DNA of 25,572 nucleotides from a virus (lineage: Duplodnaviria > Heunggongvirae > Uroviricota > Caudoviricetes): IMG/VR virus record IMGVR_UViG_2698536618_000030; one strand, written 5' to 3'. Below are positions 1-14,023 of the stretch, piece by piece. The position numbers and the translations under genes were made by a program. The notes under the pieces were generated by a model. That model was not told the origin of the DNA and made no database searches. It saw only the letters and a list, made by a program, of their open reading frames with translations. Within the stretch, counting starts at the first letter, position 1. Each line of letters starts with the position of its first letter.

Positions 1-456
1 GTGAACCTCTCACAAGACGGCATCAAATTACATCGCGGCAACTTCACCGCTATCGGTCGGCAGATCCAGCCTTATCTGGAGGAGGGCAAATGCTTTCGCA
101 TGGTGCTTAAACCGTGGCGTGAGAAACGCAGTCTTTCCCAGAATGCACTCAGCCACATGTGGTACAGCGAAATCAGTGAATACCTCATCAGCAGGGGTAA
201 AACGTTCGCCACTCCAGCTTGGGTAAAAGATGCTCTCAAACACACATATCTCGGTTATGAAACCAAAGACCTGGTTGATGTCGTAACCGGTGATATCACC
301 ACTATCCAGTCGTTACGCCATACCTCCGATCTTGATACCGGAGAGATGTATGTCTTCCTGTGTAAGGTTGAAGCCTGGGCGGTGAATATTGGCTGCCACC
401 TGACTATTCCGCAGAGCTGCGAGTTCCAGCTGCTCCGCGACAAGCAGGAGGCGTAA
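1..456 (+). CDS. ybcN: NinB/Orf-family protein, YbcN-like (151 aa); GTG at window position 1, so the true start could lie upstream
   Basis: ORF track 1..456; translation MNLSQDGIKLHRGNF... recalled as DLP12 YbcN; sits at head of ninE-ybcO-rusA array. Confidence 0.7.
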   Translation: MNLSQDGIKLHRGNFTAIGRQIQPYLEEGKCFRMVLKPWREKRSLSQNALSHMWYSEISEYLISRGKTFATPAWVKDALKHTYLGYETKDLVDVVTGDITTIQSLRHTSDLDTGEMYVFLCKVEAWAVNIGCHLTIPQSCEFQLLRDKQEA

Positions 457-626
457 TGGCTACACCGCTTATTCGTGTCATGAACGGACACATCTACAGA
501 GTATCAAATCGTCGTAAGCGTAAGCCTGAGCTGAAGCCATCCGAAATACCAACACTGCTCGGATATACCGCTAGCCTGGTTGATAAAAAATGGTTGCGAC
601 TGGCAGCAAGGAGGAATCATGGCTGA
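456..626 (+). CDS. ninE: NinE-family small protein (56 aa)
   Basis: Hand-translated [59 protein letters not shown]; ATG overlaps ybcN stop (TAATG); below the 60-aa cutoff so absent from ORF track. Confidence 0.65.
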   Translation: MATPLIRVMNGHIYRVSNRRKRKPELKPSEIPTLLGYTASLVDKKWLRLAARRNHG

Positions 627-909
627 TTTGAGAAAAGCAGCGCGTGGTCGGGAATGCCAGGTAAGAATCCCTGGCGTATGTAATGGCAATTCTGAAACGT
701 CTGTACTGGCACATATCCGGCTGGCTGGATTGTGCGGTACCGGTATCAAACCGCCAGACCTGATTGCCACCATTGCATGTTCTGCCTGCCACGACGAAAT
801 CGACCGCCGCACACATTTTGTCGATGCTGCATATGCAAAAGAATGCGCGCTGGAAGGTATGGCGAGAACACAGGTTATCTGGCTGAAAGAGGGGGTTATT
901 AAGGCGTGA
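619..909 (+). CDS. ybcO: YbcO-like DUF1364 putative nuclease (96 aa)
   Basis: ORF track 580..909; likely start at internal ATG 619 ([14 protein letters not shown]...) preceded by AGGAGG; Cys/His-rich; position between ninE and rusA as in DLP12. Confidence 0.7.
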   Translation: MADLRKAARGRECQVRIPGVCNGNSETSVLAHIRLAGLCGTGIKPPDLIATIACSACHDEIDRRTHFVDAAYAKECALEGMARTQVIWLKEGVIKA

Positions 910-1268
910 ATACCTACAGTATCACATTACCCTGGCCTCCGAGCAATAATCGCTATTACCGCCATAATCGCGGGCGCACGCACGTCAGTGCAGAGGGGCA
1001 GGCATACCGCGATAACGTCGCCCGAATCATTAAAAGCGCAATGCTGGATATCGGCCTGGCTATGCCTGTGAAAATCCGCATTGAGTGCCACATGCCGGAT
1101 CGCCGTCGCCGTGACCTGGATAATCTGCAAAAAGCCGCTTTTGACGCACTCACTAAAGCAGGTTTCTGGCTGGATGATGCTCAGGTCGTTGATTACCGCG
1201 TTGTGAAGATGCCTGTTACCAAAGGTGGGAGGCTGGAACTGACCATCACCGAAATGGGGAATGAATGA
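906..1268 (+). CDS. rusA: RusA Holliday junction resolvase (120 aa)
   Basis: ORF 906..1268; [18 protein letters not shown]... matches the RusA family; start overlaps ybcO stop. Confidence 0.9.
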   Translation: MNTYSITLPWPPSNNRYYRHNRGRTHVSAEGQAYRDNVARIIKSAMLDIGLAMPVKIRIECHMPDRRRRDLDNLQKAAFDALTKAGFWLDDAQVVDYRVVKMPVTKGGRLELTITEMGNE

Positions 1269-1405
1269 TGTTTGAGTTTAATATAGCAGAACTTCTTCGC
1301 CACCGCTGGGGGCGTCTGCGCTTATATCGTTTCCCCGGTTCTGTTTTGACCGATTACCGAATACTGAAGAATTACGCCAAAACCCTGACAGGAGCAGGAG
1401 TATGA
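1265..1405 (+). CDS. ylcG: YlcG-like small protein (46 aa)
   Basis: Hand-translated [46 protein letters not shown]; ATG overlaps rusA stop; below ORF-track size cutoff. Confidence 0.55.
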   Translation: MMFEFNIAELLRHRWGRLRLYRFPGSVLTDYRILKNYAKTLTGAGV

Positions 1406-1490
1406 AGTCAGAGATAACAATCAACTAATACTGTTTTATTGATTTTTGCTTGTAATTGGCGTTCTGGTCTGATTTTTGTGGAGTAAGTTG

Positions 1491-1874
1491 ATGCGTGATA
1501 TTCAGATGGTTCTTGAGCGTTGGGGAGCGTGGGCGGCTAATAATCATGAAGATGTGACCTGGTCGTCCATTGCCGCCGGTTTTAAGGGATTAATTCCTTC
1601 AAAAGTAAAATCTCGCCCGCAATGTTGTGACGATGACGCGATGATCATTTGCGGGTGCATGGCCCGTCTGAAAAAGAACAACAGCGATTTGCACGATTTA
1701 TTAGTAGATTATTATGTAGTCGGTATGACATTCATGTCACTGGCAGGTAAGCATTGCTGCTCTGATGGTTATATCGGGAAAAGGTTACAAAAGGCTGAGG
1801 GCATAATTGAAGGGATGTTAATGGCATTAGATATCCGGTTAGAGATGGATATCGTTGTTAATAACTCTAATTAA
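1491..1874 (+). CDS. quuD: Late-gene antiterminator Q family (QuuD-like, 127 aa)
   Basis: ORF track 1476..1874 (TTG); ATG at 1491 gives [21 protein letters not shown]...; Cys-rich; positioned after nin region and before lysis genes. Confidence 0.8.
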   Translation: MRDIQMVLERWGAWAANNHEDVTWSSIAAGFKGLIPSKVKSRPQCCDDDAMIICGCMARLKKNNSDLHDLLVDYYVVGMTFMSLAGKHCCSDGYIGKRLQKAEGIIEGMLMALDIRLEMDIVVNNSN

Positions 1875-1894
1875 TACGCCAATTATTTACTAAA

Positions 1895-1926
1895 AGTTAT
1901 TAAAAATGGGGCGTTGAAACGCCCCC
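1895..1926 (-). terminator. Candidate rho-independent terminator for the minus-strand porin transcript
   Basis: GGGGCG (1908-1913) pairs with CGCCCC (1920-1925); read on the minus strand the stem is followed by ATTTTTAAT; lies 3' of the porin gene. Confidence 0.4.
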
Positions 1927-2013
1927 AAAAATAAAGGGTAATATATAACAGAAGGTTTGTATAGTTAGAAGCAAGGTTGTGCTTCTAAAGGAAGTGGCTT
2001 GAGGGAGCCACTT

Positions 2014-2053
2014 ATATGTTGGGGAGGCAAAGCCTCCCACAACATATCTTTTA
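2014..2053 (+). terminator. Candidate plus-strand rho-independent terminator (tR'-like) downstream of Q
   Basis: About 15-bp stem ATATGTTGGGGAGGC / GCCTCCCACAACATAT with one bulged base and AAA loop, followed by CTTTT on the plus strand. Confidence 0.4.
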
Positions 2054-2062
2054 GTAATCAAA

Positions 2063-3145
2063 TTAGAACTGGTAAACCATACCTACAGCAACGATATCAT
2101 CGGTAGCAACGCCAGATGCTTTCGTGAAATCGCTCTTATCAATCAGGTTGATTTTGTAGTCAACAAAAGTGGACATATTTTTGTTGAAGTAATAGGTTGC
2201 ACCTACATCAACATATTCAACCAGGTCCTGATCACCCCAAACACCCAAGTCTTTTCCTTTAGAATGCAGGTAAGCAACGGATGGACGCAGGCCGAAGTCG
2301 AACTGATATTGTGCAACAGCTTCGAAGTTTTGTGCTTTTTTGGCAATATGGTTATTACCAAAAACAGTCATGTTCTGGGTTTCAGAATAGGTGGTGGCCA
2401 GATAGATGTTGTTCGCATCATATTTCAGACCAGCTGCCCATACTTCAGCATTTTGACCAGAAGCATTCAGACCGTTGTTACCGTAGATAACCTGATTATT
2501 AGTGCGATCAGATTTAGCATAGGTTGCACCTACACCGAATCCTTCATACTCATAAGTAGTGGAGAAACCGAAACCATCACCATTAGCTTCAGTTACGTCA
2601 GTGCGGTCATTTTTACCCTGATACTGAGCAGCAAAGTTCAGACCATCAACCAGACCAAAGAAGTCGTTGTTACGATAAGTTGCAACACCAGTGGTGCGAC
2701 CAGTCATGAACACATCTGTTTGAGTCCAAGTGTCACCACCGAATTCTGGCAGGACGTCAGTCCACGCACCGATGTCGTATGCTACACCGTAGTTACGGCC
2801 GTAATCGATGGAGCCGTAGTCACCGAATTTCAGGCCAGCGAAGGCAAGACGGGTTTTATCTTTGGAGGAACCTTGAGATTCAGCGCGGTTGCCTTTGAAT
2901 TCATATTCCCACTGACCGAAACCAGTCAGTTGATCGTTGATTTGGGTTTCACCTTTGAAGCCAAGACGGGCATAAGTAGTATCACCATCATCTGCATCAC
3001 TAGAGGAGAAGTAGTGCTTAGCATTAACTTTCCCGTACAGATCCAGCTTGTTACTGTCTTTATTATAAATTTCAGCTGCCTGAGCAGACATCGCCATCAG
3101 TACTGATGCAGCTACAGCAGAAATTGCCACTGTTAATTTTTTCAT
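2063..3145 (-). CDS. nmpC: General porin of the OmpC/OmpF/PhoE family, NmpC/Lc-like phage moron (360 aa)
   Basis: ORF 2063..3145 minus; signal peptide [30 protein letters not shown] mature N-terminus, C-terminal ...VGMVYQF; very close to DLP12 NmpC as I recall it. Confidence 0.9.
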   Translation of the reverse strand: MKKLTVAISAVAASVLMAMSAQAAEIYNKDSNKLDLYGKVNAKHYFSSSDADDGDTTYARLGFKGETQINDQLTGFGQWEYEFKGNRAESQGSSKDKTRLAFAGLKFGDYGSIDYGRNYGVAYDIGAWTDVLPEFGGDTWTQTDVFMTGRTTGVATYRNNDFFGLVDGLNFAAQYQGKNDRTDVTEANGDGFGFSTTYEYEGFGVGATYAKSDRTNNQVIYGNNGLNASGQNAEVWAAGLKYDANNIYLATTYSETQNMTVFGNNHIAKKAQNFEAVAQYQFDFGLRPSVAYLHSKGKDLGVWGDQDLVEYVDVGATYYFNKNMSTFVDYKINLIDKSDFTKASGVATDDIVAVGMVYQF

Positions 3146-3733
3146 CGTGAGCCCTTTTTTTTGAACTATTATTAAAAAATGATGTCACTGCGCGATAAAT
3201 ATTCATCTAATCAATGTGATTATTTCAAGATGTAAGTTTTAGTTTCTCATTTAATTTGTGAAGTAGATCTCTATTTTTATCTGAACTTTTTCTATCGAAA
3301 CCTATTTATGGCTCTTATTTGAACAAAAATAAACCTATTAGCTAATTTATATTAATGGCTGTTATTTATGGGGGGTCTATGATTCGATGGTTTAATTTAA
3401 ATTAACTAAAAATAACGCCGGAAATTATTTATTGGTTATTTGTTGAGGTTTTCTTATGTATTTGTGGTGGTGTTTTGAACACTCGGTAGCATTCTCATAA
3501 ATATCATTCAGTGGTTTACGTACGTAAAAAATTGGTTATGCTGTTAAGAGTGGTTACTTCGTCACACAGCTTAAACCCGCCGTCGAGCTGGTTTTTCCAT
3601 TTTTTGAGTCTCGATATTAGCTGATAACTCAATACCTGAGTTATTCACTGACTCCGAGTCTGTTACGTTTCTGCTTTTTTGCGATACGTTGTATTCCCTC
3701 AATTTACACCCGCTTTGTCTGCGAGGTGGGGTT
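3146..3733. promoter_or_regulatory. AT-rich intergenic region; expected to hold the porin promoter (minus strand) and possibly the late promoter/leader for the lysis cassette (plus strand)
   Basis: 588 bp with no ORF of plausible size, strongly AT-rich, flanked by divergent gene starts (porin at 3145, holin at 3734). No specific -35/-10 assigned. Confidence 0.3.
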
Positions 3734-3949
3734 ATGAAATCCATGGATAAGTTAACAACGGGTGTCGCCTATGGCACCTCAGCAGGTAGTGCCGGTTACT
3801 GGTTTTTACAGCTGCTCGATAAAGTCACGCCCTCACAGTGGGCAGCAATAGGTGTGCTGGGTAGCCTGGTATTTGGCCTGCTGACGTACCTGACAAACCT
3901 TTATTTCAAGATTAAAGAAGATAAGCGCAAGGCTGCGAGAGGTGAATAA
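3734..3949 (+). CDS. S: Class II holin, phage-21 S-type pinholin (71 aa) with dual start Met1/Met4
   Basis: ORF track 3689..3949; ATG at 3734 preceded by GAGGTGGGG gives [24 protein letters not shown]...; two TMDs and charged C-terminus; matches S21 as recalled. Confidence 0.9.
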
Positions 3950-4446
3950 TGCCTCCATCATTACGAAAAGCCGTTGCTGCTGCTATTGGTGGCGGAGCAA
4001 TTGCTATAGCATCAGTGTTAATCACTGGCCCAAGTGGTAACGATGGTCTGGAAGGTGTCAGCTACATACCATACAAAGATATTGTTGGTGTATGGACCGT
4101 ATGTCACGGGCATACAGGAAAAGACATCATGCTCGGTAAAACGTATACCAAAGCAGAATGCAAAGCACTCTTGAATAAAGACCTTGCCACTGTCGCCAGA
4201 CAAATTAACCCATACATCGAAGTCGATATACCGGAAACAACGCGCGGCGCTCTTTACTCATTCGTTTACAACGTGGGTGCTGGCAATTTCAGAACATCGA
4301 CGCTTCTTCGCAAAATAAACCAGGGCGATATCAAAGGCGCATGTGATCAGTTACGTCGCTGGACATATGCTGGCGGTAAGCAATGGAAAGGTCTCATGAC
4401 TCGTCGTGAGATTGAGCGTGAAATCTGTTTGTGGGGTCAGCAATGA
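3949..4446 (+). CDS. R: SAR endolysin (T4-lysozyme-like muramidase, phage-21 R-type, 165 aa)
   Basis: ORF 3949..4446; Gly/Ala-rich N-terminal SAR segment [20 protein letters not shown]; Glu35/Asp44/Thr50 in the expected spacing; start overlaps holin stop (TAATG). Confidence 0.9.
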   Translation: MPPSLRKAVAAAIGGGAIAIASVLITGPSGNDGLEGVSYIPYKDIVGVWTVCHGHTGKDIMLGKTYTKAECKALLNKDLATVARQINPYIEVDIPETTRGALYSFVYNVGAGNFRTSTLLRKINQGDIKGACDQLRRWTYAGGKQWKGLMTRREIEREICLWGQQ

Positions 4447-4904
4447 ACAGAGTAACCGCGATTATCTCCGCTCTGGTTATCTGCATCATCGTCTGCCTGT
4501 CATGGGCTGTTAATCATTACCGTGATAACGCCATTACCTATAAAGCCCAGCGCGACAAAAATGCCAAAGAACTGAAGCTGGCGAACGCGGCAATTACTGA
4601 CATGCAGATGCGTCAGCGTGATGTTGCTGCGCTCGATGCAAAATACACGAAGGAGTTAGCTGATGCGAAAGCTGAAAATGATGCTCTGCGTGATGATGTT
4701 GCCGCTGGTCGTCGTCGGTTGCACATCAAAGCAGTCTGTCAGTCAGTGCGTGAAGCCACCACCGCCTCCGGCGTGGATAATGCAGCCTCCCCCCGACTGG
4801 CAGACACCGCTGAACAGGATTATTTCACCCTCAGAGAGAGGCTGATCACTATGCAAAAACAACTGGAAGGAACCCAGAAGTATATTAATGAGCAGTGCAG
4901 ATAG
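4443..4904 (+). CDS. Rz: Rz inner-membrane spanin (153 aa)
   Basis: ORF track 4431..4904; ATG 4443 overlaps R stop (ATGA); N-terminal TMD then coiled-coil-rich periplasmic domain. Confidence 0.85.
   Translation: MNRVTAIISALVICIIVCLSWAVNHYRDNAITYKAQRDKNAKELKLANAAITDMQMRQRDVAALDAKYTKELADAKAENDALRDDVAAGRRRLHIKAVCQSVREATTASGVDNAASPRLADTAEQDYFTLRERLITMQKQLEGTQKYINEQCR
4663..4845 (+). CDS. Rz1: Rz1 outer-membrane lipoprotein spanin (60 aa), embedded in the +1 frame of Rz
   Basis: ORF 4663..4845; [20 protein letters not shown] lipobox, proline-rich (PPPPP) mature part; wholly inside Rz. Confidence 0.8.
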   Translation: MRKLKMMLCVMMLPLVVVGCTSKQSVSQCVKPPPPPAWIMQPPPDWQTPLNRIISPSERG

Positions 4905-4935
4905 AGCTGCCCATATCGATGGGCAACTCATGCAA

Positions 4936-5229
4936 TTATTGTGAGCAATACACACGCGCTTCCAGCGGAGTATAAATGCCTAAAGTAATAAAACCGAGCA
5001 ATCCATTTACGAATGTTTGCTGGGTTTCTGTTTTAACAACATTTTCTGCGCCGCCACAAATTTTGGCTGCATCAACAGTTTTCTCCTGTCCAATTCCCGA
5101 AACGAAGAAGTGATGGGTGATGGTTTCCTTTGGTGTTACTGCTGTCGGTTTGTTTCCAACAGTAAACGTCTGTTGAGCACATCCTGTAATAAGCATTGCC
5201 AGAGCGGCAGAAAACAACATTTTTTTCAT
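4936..5229 (-). CDS. bor: Bor outer-membrane lipoprotein (97 aa)
   Basis: ORF track 4936..5277 minus; start at internal Met (CAT at 5227-5229) gives MKKMLFSAALAMLITGCAQQ... with lipobox LITGC; matches lambda Bor. Confidence 0.9.
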   Translation of the reverse strand: MKKMLFSAALAMLITGCAQQTFTVGNKPTAVTPKETITHHFFVSGIGQEKTVDAAKICGGAENVVKTETQQTFVNGLLGFITLGIYTPLEARVYCSQ

Positions 5230-5589
5230 CTTATTATCCTGCATTGTTAAAAACGGCAGAATCCTATGTGACAACAATTAAACGATAGTTAAATGGATTG
5301 ATGAAAATTAAAACTATATAGGTGGATGCTCAGCCTATTGGAGGAGGGGGGGCACTCAGAATCCTGTGGAATGAAATAAACCGCTCTATCTGTCCATTAC
5401 CCTTTTAGCTGCGCTGTATCGTCGCCGTATTCCCGCATTAACCATGACCGTAGCCCGACGGGGAATTCCTTCTGCGTGAGTGTGCGGGAATAATCAAAAA
5501 CGATGCACACGGGGTTTTACTGTGCTGACAGACGCAGGGTTACCCTCATAGTCGCTTTTCCGGTGCGATGGTGGAAGAAACCGGGATGT

Positions 5590-5784
5590 TCATCCATCAT
5601 CACTTTGGATTGATGTATATGCTCTCTTTTCTGACGTTAGTCTCCGACGGCAGGCTTCAATGACCCAGGCTGAGAAATTCCCAGACCCTTTTTGCTCAAG
5701 AGCGATGTTAATTTGTTCAATCATTTGGTTAGGAAAGCGGATGTTGCGGGTTGTTGTTCTGCGGGTTCTGTTCTTCGTTGACAT
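5590..5784 (-). CDS. ylcI: Small YlcI-like (DUF3950-type) protein, 64 aa, function unknown
   Basis: ORF 5590..5784 minus; MSTKNRTRRTTTRNIRFPNQMIEQINIALEQKGSGNFSAWVIEACRRRL...; basic N-terminus; position just upstream of cos/Nu1 as ylcI is in DLP12 (from memory). Confidence 0.5.
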   Translation of the reverse strand: MSTKNRTRRTTTRNIRFPNQMIEQINIALEQKGSGNFSAWVIEACRRRLTSEKRAYTSIQSDDG

Positions 5785-5930
5785 GAGGTTGCCCCGTATT
5801 CAGTGTCGCTGATTTGTATTGTCTGAAGTTGTTTTTACGTTAAGTTGATGCAGATCAATTAATACGATACCTGCGTCATAATTGATTATTTGACGTGGTT
5901 TGATGGCGTAGATGCACGTTGTGACATGTA

Positions 5931-6172
5931 GATGATAATTATTATCATTTTGCGGGTCCTTTCCGGCGATCCGACAGGTTACGGGGCGGCGACCTCGCGG
6001 GTTTTCGCTATTTATGAAAATTTTCCGGTTTAAGGCGTTTCCGTTCTTCTTCGTCATAACTTAATGTTTTTATTTAAAATACCCTCTGAAAAGAAAGGAA
6101 ACGACAGGTGCTGAAAGCGAGCTTTTTGGCCTCTGTCGTTTCCTTTCTCTGTTTTTGTCCGTGGAATGAACA
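5931..6172. other. cos: cos DNA packaging site: cosQ/cosN/cosB region, cosN 12-nt cohesive end GGGCGGCGACCT at 5984..5995
   Basis: Sequence ...CAGGTTACG|GGGCGGCGACCTCGCGGGTTTTCGCTATTTATGAAAATTTTCCGG... matches the lambda genome right-end/left-end junction as I recall it; directly upstream of Nu1. Confidence 0.85.
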
Positions 6173-6692
6173 ATGGAAGTCAACAAAAAGCAGCTGGCTG
6201 ACATTTTCGGTGCGAGTATCCGTACCATTCAGAACTGGCAGGAACAGGGAATGCCCGTTCTGCGAGGCGGTGGCAAGGGTAATGAGGTGCTTTATGACTC
6301 TGCCGCCGTCATAAAATGGTATGCCGAAAGGGATGCTGAAATTGAGAACGAAAAGCTGCGCCGGGAAGTTGAAGAACTGCGGCAGGCCAGCGAGACAGAT
6401 CTCCAGCCAGGGACTATTGAGTACGAACGCCATCGACTTACGCGTGCGCAGGCCGACGCACAGGAGCTGAAAAATGCCAGAGACTCCGCTGAAGTGGTGG
6501 AAACCGCATTCTGTACTTTCGTGCTGTCGCGGATCGCAGGTGAAATTGCCAGTATTCTCGACGGGATCCCCCTGTCGGTGCAGCGGCGTTTTCCGGAACT
6601 GGAAAACCGACATGTTGATTTCCTGAAACGGGATATCATCAAAGCCATGAACAAAGCAGCCGCGCTGGATGAACTGATACCGGGGTTGCTGA

Positions 6693-6718
<26 letters not shown>
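6173..6718 (+). CDS. nu1: Terminase small subunit Nu1 (181 aa)
   Basis: ORF 6173..6718; MEVNKKQLADIFGASIRTIQNWQEQGMPV... winged-HTH N-terminus; lambda Nu1. Confidence 0.95.
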
Positions 6719-10399
<3,681 letters not shown>

Positions 10400-10419
<20 letters not shown>

Positions 10420-11719
10420 TCTCCCGCATATTGCCAGCATGGCCTTTAATGAGCCGCTGATGCTTGAACCCGCCTATGCGCGGGTTTTCTTTTGTGCGCT
10501 TGCAGGCCAGCTTGGGATCAGCCGCCTGACGGATGCGGTGTCCGGTGACAGCCTGACTGCCGGAGAGGCACCCGCGACGCTGGCGTTATCCGTTAATGAT
10601 GACGGACCACGACAGGCCCGCAGTTATCAGGTCATGAATGGCATCGCCGTGCTGCCGGTTTCCGGCACGCTGGTCAGCCGGACGCGGGCGCTGCAGCCGT
10701 ATTCGGGGATGACCGGTTACAACGGCATTATCGCCCGTCTGCAACAGGCTGCCAGTGACCCGATGGTGGACGGCATTCTGCTGGATATGGACACGCCAGG
10801 CGGAATGGTGGCGGGGGCATTTGACTGCGCTGACATCATCGCCCGTGTGCGTGACATAAAACCGGTATGGGCGCTGGCCAACGACATGAACTGCAGTGCA
10901 GGTCAGCTGCTTGCCAGTGCCGCCTCCCGGCGTCTGGTCACGCAGACCGCCCGGACAGGCTCCATCGGCGTCATGATGGCTCACAGTAATTACGGTGCTG
11001 CCCTGGAGAAACAGGGTGTGGAAATCACGCTGATTTACAGCGGCAGCCATAAGGTGGATGGCAATCCCTACAGCCATCTTCCGGATGACGTCCGGGAGAC
11101 ACTGCAGTCCCGGATGGACGCAACCCGCCAGATGTTTGCGCAGAAGGTGTCGGCATATACCGGCCTGTCTGTGCAGGCTGTGCTGGATACCGAGGCTGCA
11201 GTGTACAGCGGTCAGGAGGCCATTGATGCCGGACTGGCTGATGAACTTGTTAACAGCACCGATGCGATCACCGTCATGCGTGATGCACTGGATGCGCGTA
11301 AATCCCGTCTCTCAGGAGGGCGAATGACCAAAGAGACTCAATCAACAACTGTTTCAGCCACTGCTTCGCAGGCTGACGTTACTGACGTGGTGCCAGCGAC
11401 GGAGGGCGAAAACGCCAGCGCGGCGCAGCCGGACGTGAACGCGCAGATCACCGCAGCGGTTGCGGCAGAAAACAGCCGCATTATGGGGATCCTCAACTGT
11501 GAGGAGGCTCACGGACGCGAAGAACAGGCGCGCGTTCTGGCAGAAACCCCCGGAATGACCGTGGAAACGGCCCGCCGCATTCTGGCTGCAGCACCACAGA
11601 GTGCACAGGCGCGCAGTGACACTGCGCTGGATCGTCTGATGCAGGGGGCACCGGCACCGCTGGCTGCAGGTAACCCGGCATCTGATGCCGTTAACGATTT
11701 GCTGAACACACCAGTGTAA
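10400..11719 (+). CDS. C: Head maturation protease gpC (439 aa), GTG start
   Basis: ORF track 10268..11719; true start GTG at 10400 (VTAELRNLPHIASMAFNEP...) overlapping B 3' end; S49-type protease fold family. Confidence 0.9.
11114..11719 (+). CDS. nu3: Scaffolding protein Nu3, in-frame nested start within C
   Basis: Internal ATG at 11114 (MDATRQMFAQKV...) in C frame; same arrangement as lambda. Confidence 0.7.
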   Translation: MDATRQMFAQKVSAYTGLSVQAVLDTEAAVYSGQEAIDAGLADELVNSTDAITVMRDALDARKSRLSGGRMTKETQSTTVSATASQADVTDVVPATEGENASAAQPDVNAQITAAVAAENSRIMGILNCEEAHGREEQARVLAETPGMTVETARRILAAAPQSAQARSDTALDRLMQGAPAPLAAGNPASDAVNDLLNTPV

Positions 11720-11728
11720 GGGATGTTT

Positions 11729-12061
11729 ATGACGAGCAAAGAAACCTTTACCCATTACCAGCCGCTGGGCAACAGTGACCCGGCTCATACCGCAACCGCG
11801 CCCGGCGGATTGAGTGCGAAAGCGCCTGCAATGACCCCGCTGATGCTGGACACCTCCACCCGTAAGCTGGTTGCGTGGGATGGCACCACCGACGGTGCTG
11901 CCGTTGGCATTCTGGCGGTTGCTGCTGACCAGACCAGCACCACGCTGACGTTCTACAAGTCCGGCACGTTCCGTTATGAGGATGTGCTCTGGCCGGAGGC
12001 TGCCAGCGACGAGACGAAAAAACGGACCGCGTTTGCCGGAACGGCAATCAGCATCGTTTAA
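11729..12061 (+). CDS. D: Head decoration protein gpD (110 aa)
   Basis: ORF track 11723..12061; start at second ATG gives [41 protein letters not shown]... Confidence 0.9.
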   Translation: MTSKETFTHYQPLGNSDPAHTATAPGGLSAKAPAMTPLMLDTSTRKLVAWDGTTDGAAVGILAVAADQTSTTLTFYKSGTFRYEDVLWPEAASDETKKRTAFAGTAISIV

Positions 12062-12116
12062 CTTTACCCTTCATCACTAAAGGCCGCCTGTGCGGCTTTT
12101 TTTACGGGATTTTTTT

Positions 12117-13210
<1,094 letters not shown>

Positions 13211-13251
13211 TCATGGCCCTTCGGGGCCATTTTCTCTCTGTGGAGGAGTCC

Positions 13252-13647
13252 ATGACGAAAGATGAACTGATTGCCCGTCTCCGGTCGCTGGGTGAGCAAC
13301 TGAACCGTGATGTCAGCCTGACGGGGACGAAAGAAGAACTGGCGCTCCGTGTGGCAGAGCTGGAAGAGGAGCTTGATGACACGGATGACGGAGCCGGTCA
13401 GGACTCGTCTGTCAGCCCGGAAAATGCGCTGACCGGACATGAAAATGAGGTGGTATCAGCACAGACGGATACCGTGACTGATACGGCTGCTCTGGTCACG
13501 GTTGTGGCACTGGTGACGCTGCATACCGATGCACTTCACGCCACGCGGGATGAACCTGTGGCATTTGTGCTGCCGGGAACGGCGTTTCGTGTCTCTGCCG
13601 GTGTGGCAGCCGAAATGACAGAGCGCGGCCTGGCCAGAATGCAATAA
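13252..13647 (+). CDS. FI: DNA-packaging/head assembly protein gpFI (131 aa)
   Basis: ORF track 13213..13647; start at MTKDELIARLRSLGEQLNRD... Confidence 0.85.
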   Translation: MTKDELIARLRSLGEQLNRDVSLTGTKEELALRVAELEEELDDTDDGAGQDSSVSPENALTGHENEVVSAQTDTVTDTAALVTVVALVTLHTDALHATRDEPVAFVLPGTAFRVSAGVAAEMTERGLARMQ

Positions 13648-13658
13648 CGGGAGGCGCT

Positions 13659-14012
13659 GTGGCTGATTTCGATAACCTGTTCGATGCTGCCATTGTCCGC
13701 GCCGATGAAACGATACGCGGGTACATGGGAACGTCAGCCACCATGACATCCGGTGAGCAGTCCGGCGCAGTAATACGTGGTGTTTTTGATGACCCTGAAA
13801 ATATCAGCTATGCCGGACAGGGCGTGCGCGTTGAAGGCTCCAGCCCGTCCCTGTTTGTCCGGACTGATGATGTGCGGCAGCTGCGGCGTGGAGACACGCT
13901 GACCATCGGTGAGGAAAACTTCTGGATAGACCGGGTTTCGCCGGATGATGGTGGAAGCTGTCATCTCTGGCTTGGGCGGGGCGTACCGCCTGCCGTTAAC
14001 CGTCGCCGCTGA
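13659..14012 (+). CDS. FII: Head-tail connector protein gpFII (117 aa), GTG start
   Basis: ORF 13659..14012; MADFDNLFDAAIVRADETIRGYMG... Confidence 0.9.
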   Translation: MADFDNLFDAAIVRADETIRGYMGTSATMTSGEQSGAVIRGVFDDPENISYAGQGVRVEGSSPSLFVRTDDVRQLRRGDTLTIGEENFWIDRVSPDDGGSCHLWLGRGVPPAVNRRR

Positions 14013-14023
14013 AAGGGGGATGT

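Noticed and set aside
1875-2062. Possible tRNA gene downstream of Q, as in some Stx phages
   Set aside because: The hairpins are simple stem-loops; no cloverleaf arrangement or T-loop GTTCGAATC-like motif is visible.
2264-3106. 280-aa ORF on the plus strand inside the porin gene
   Set aside because: Entirely antisense to a strongly supported porin CDS; low-complexity translation with no recognisable features.
5800-6057. 85-aa minus-strand ORF spanning the cos region
   Set aside because: Overlaps cosQ/cosN/cosB; no start context and an odd composition; region is known noncoding packaging signal.
6074-6613. 179-aa minus-strand ORF antisense to Nu1
   Set aside because: Antisense to the well-supported terminase small subunit gene.
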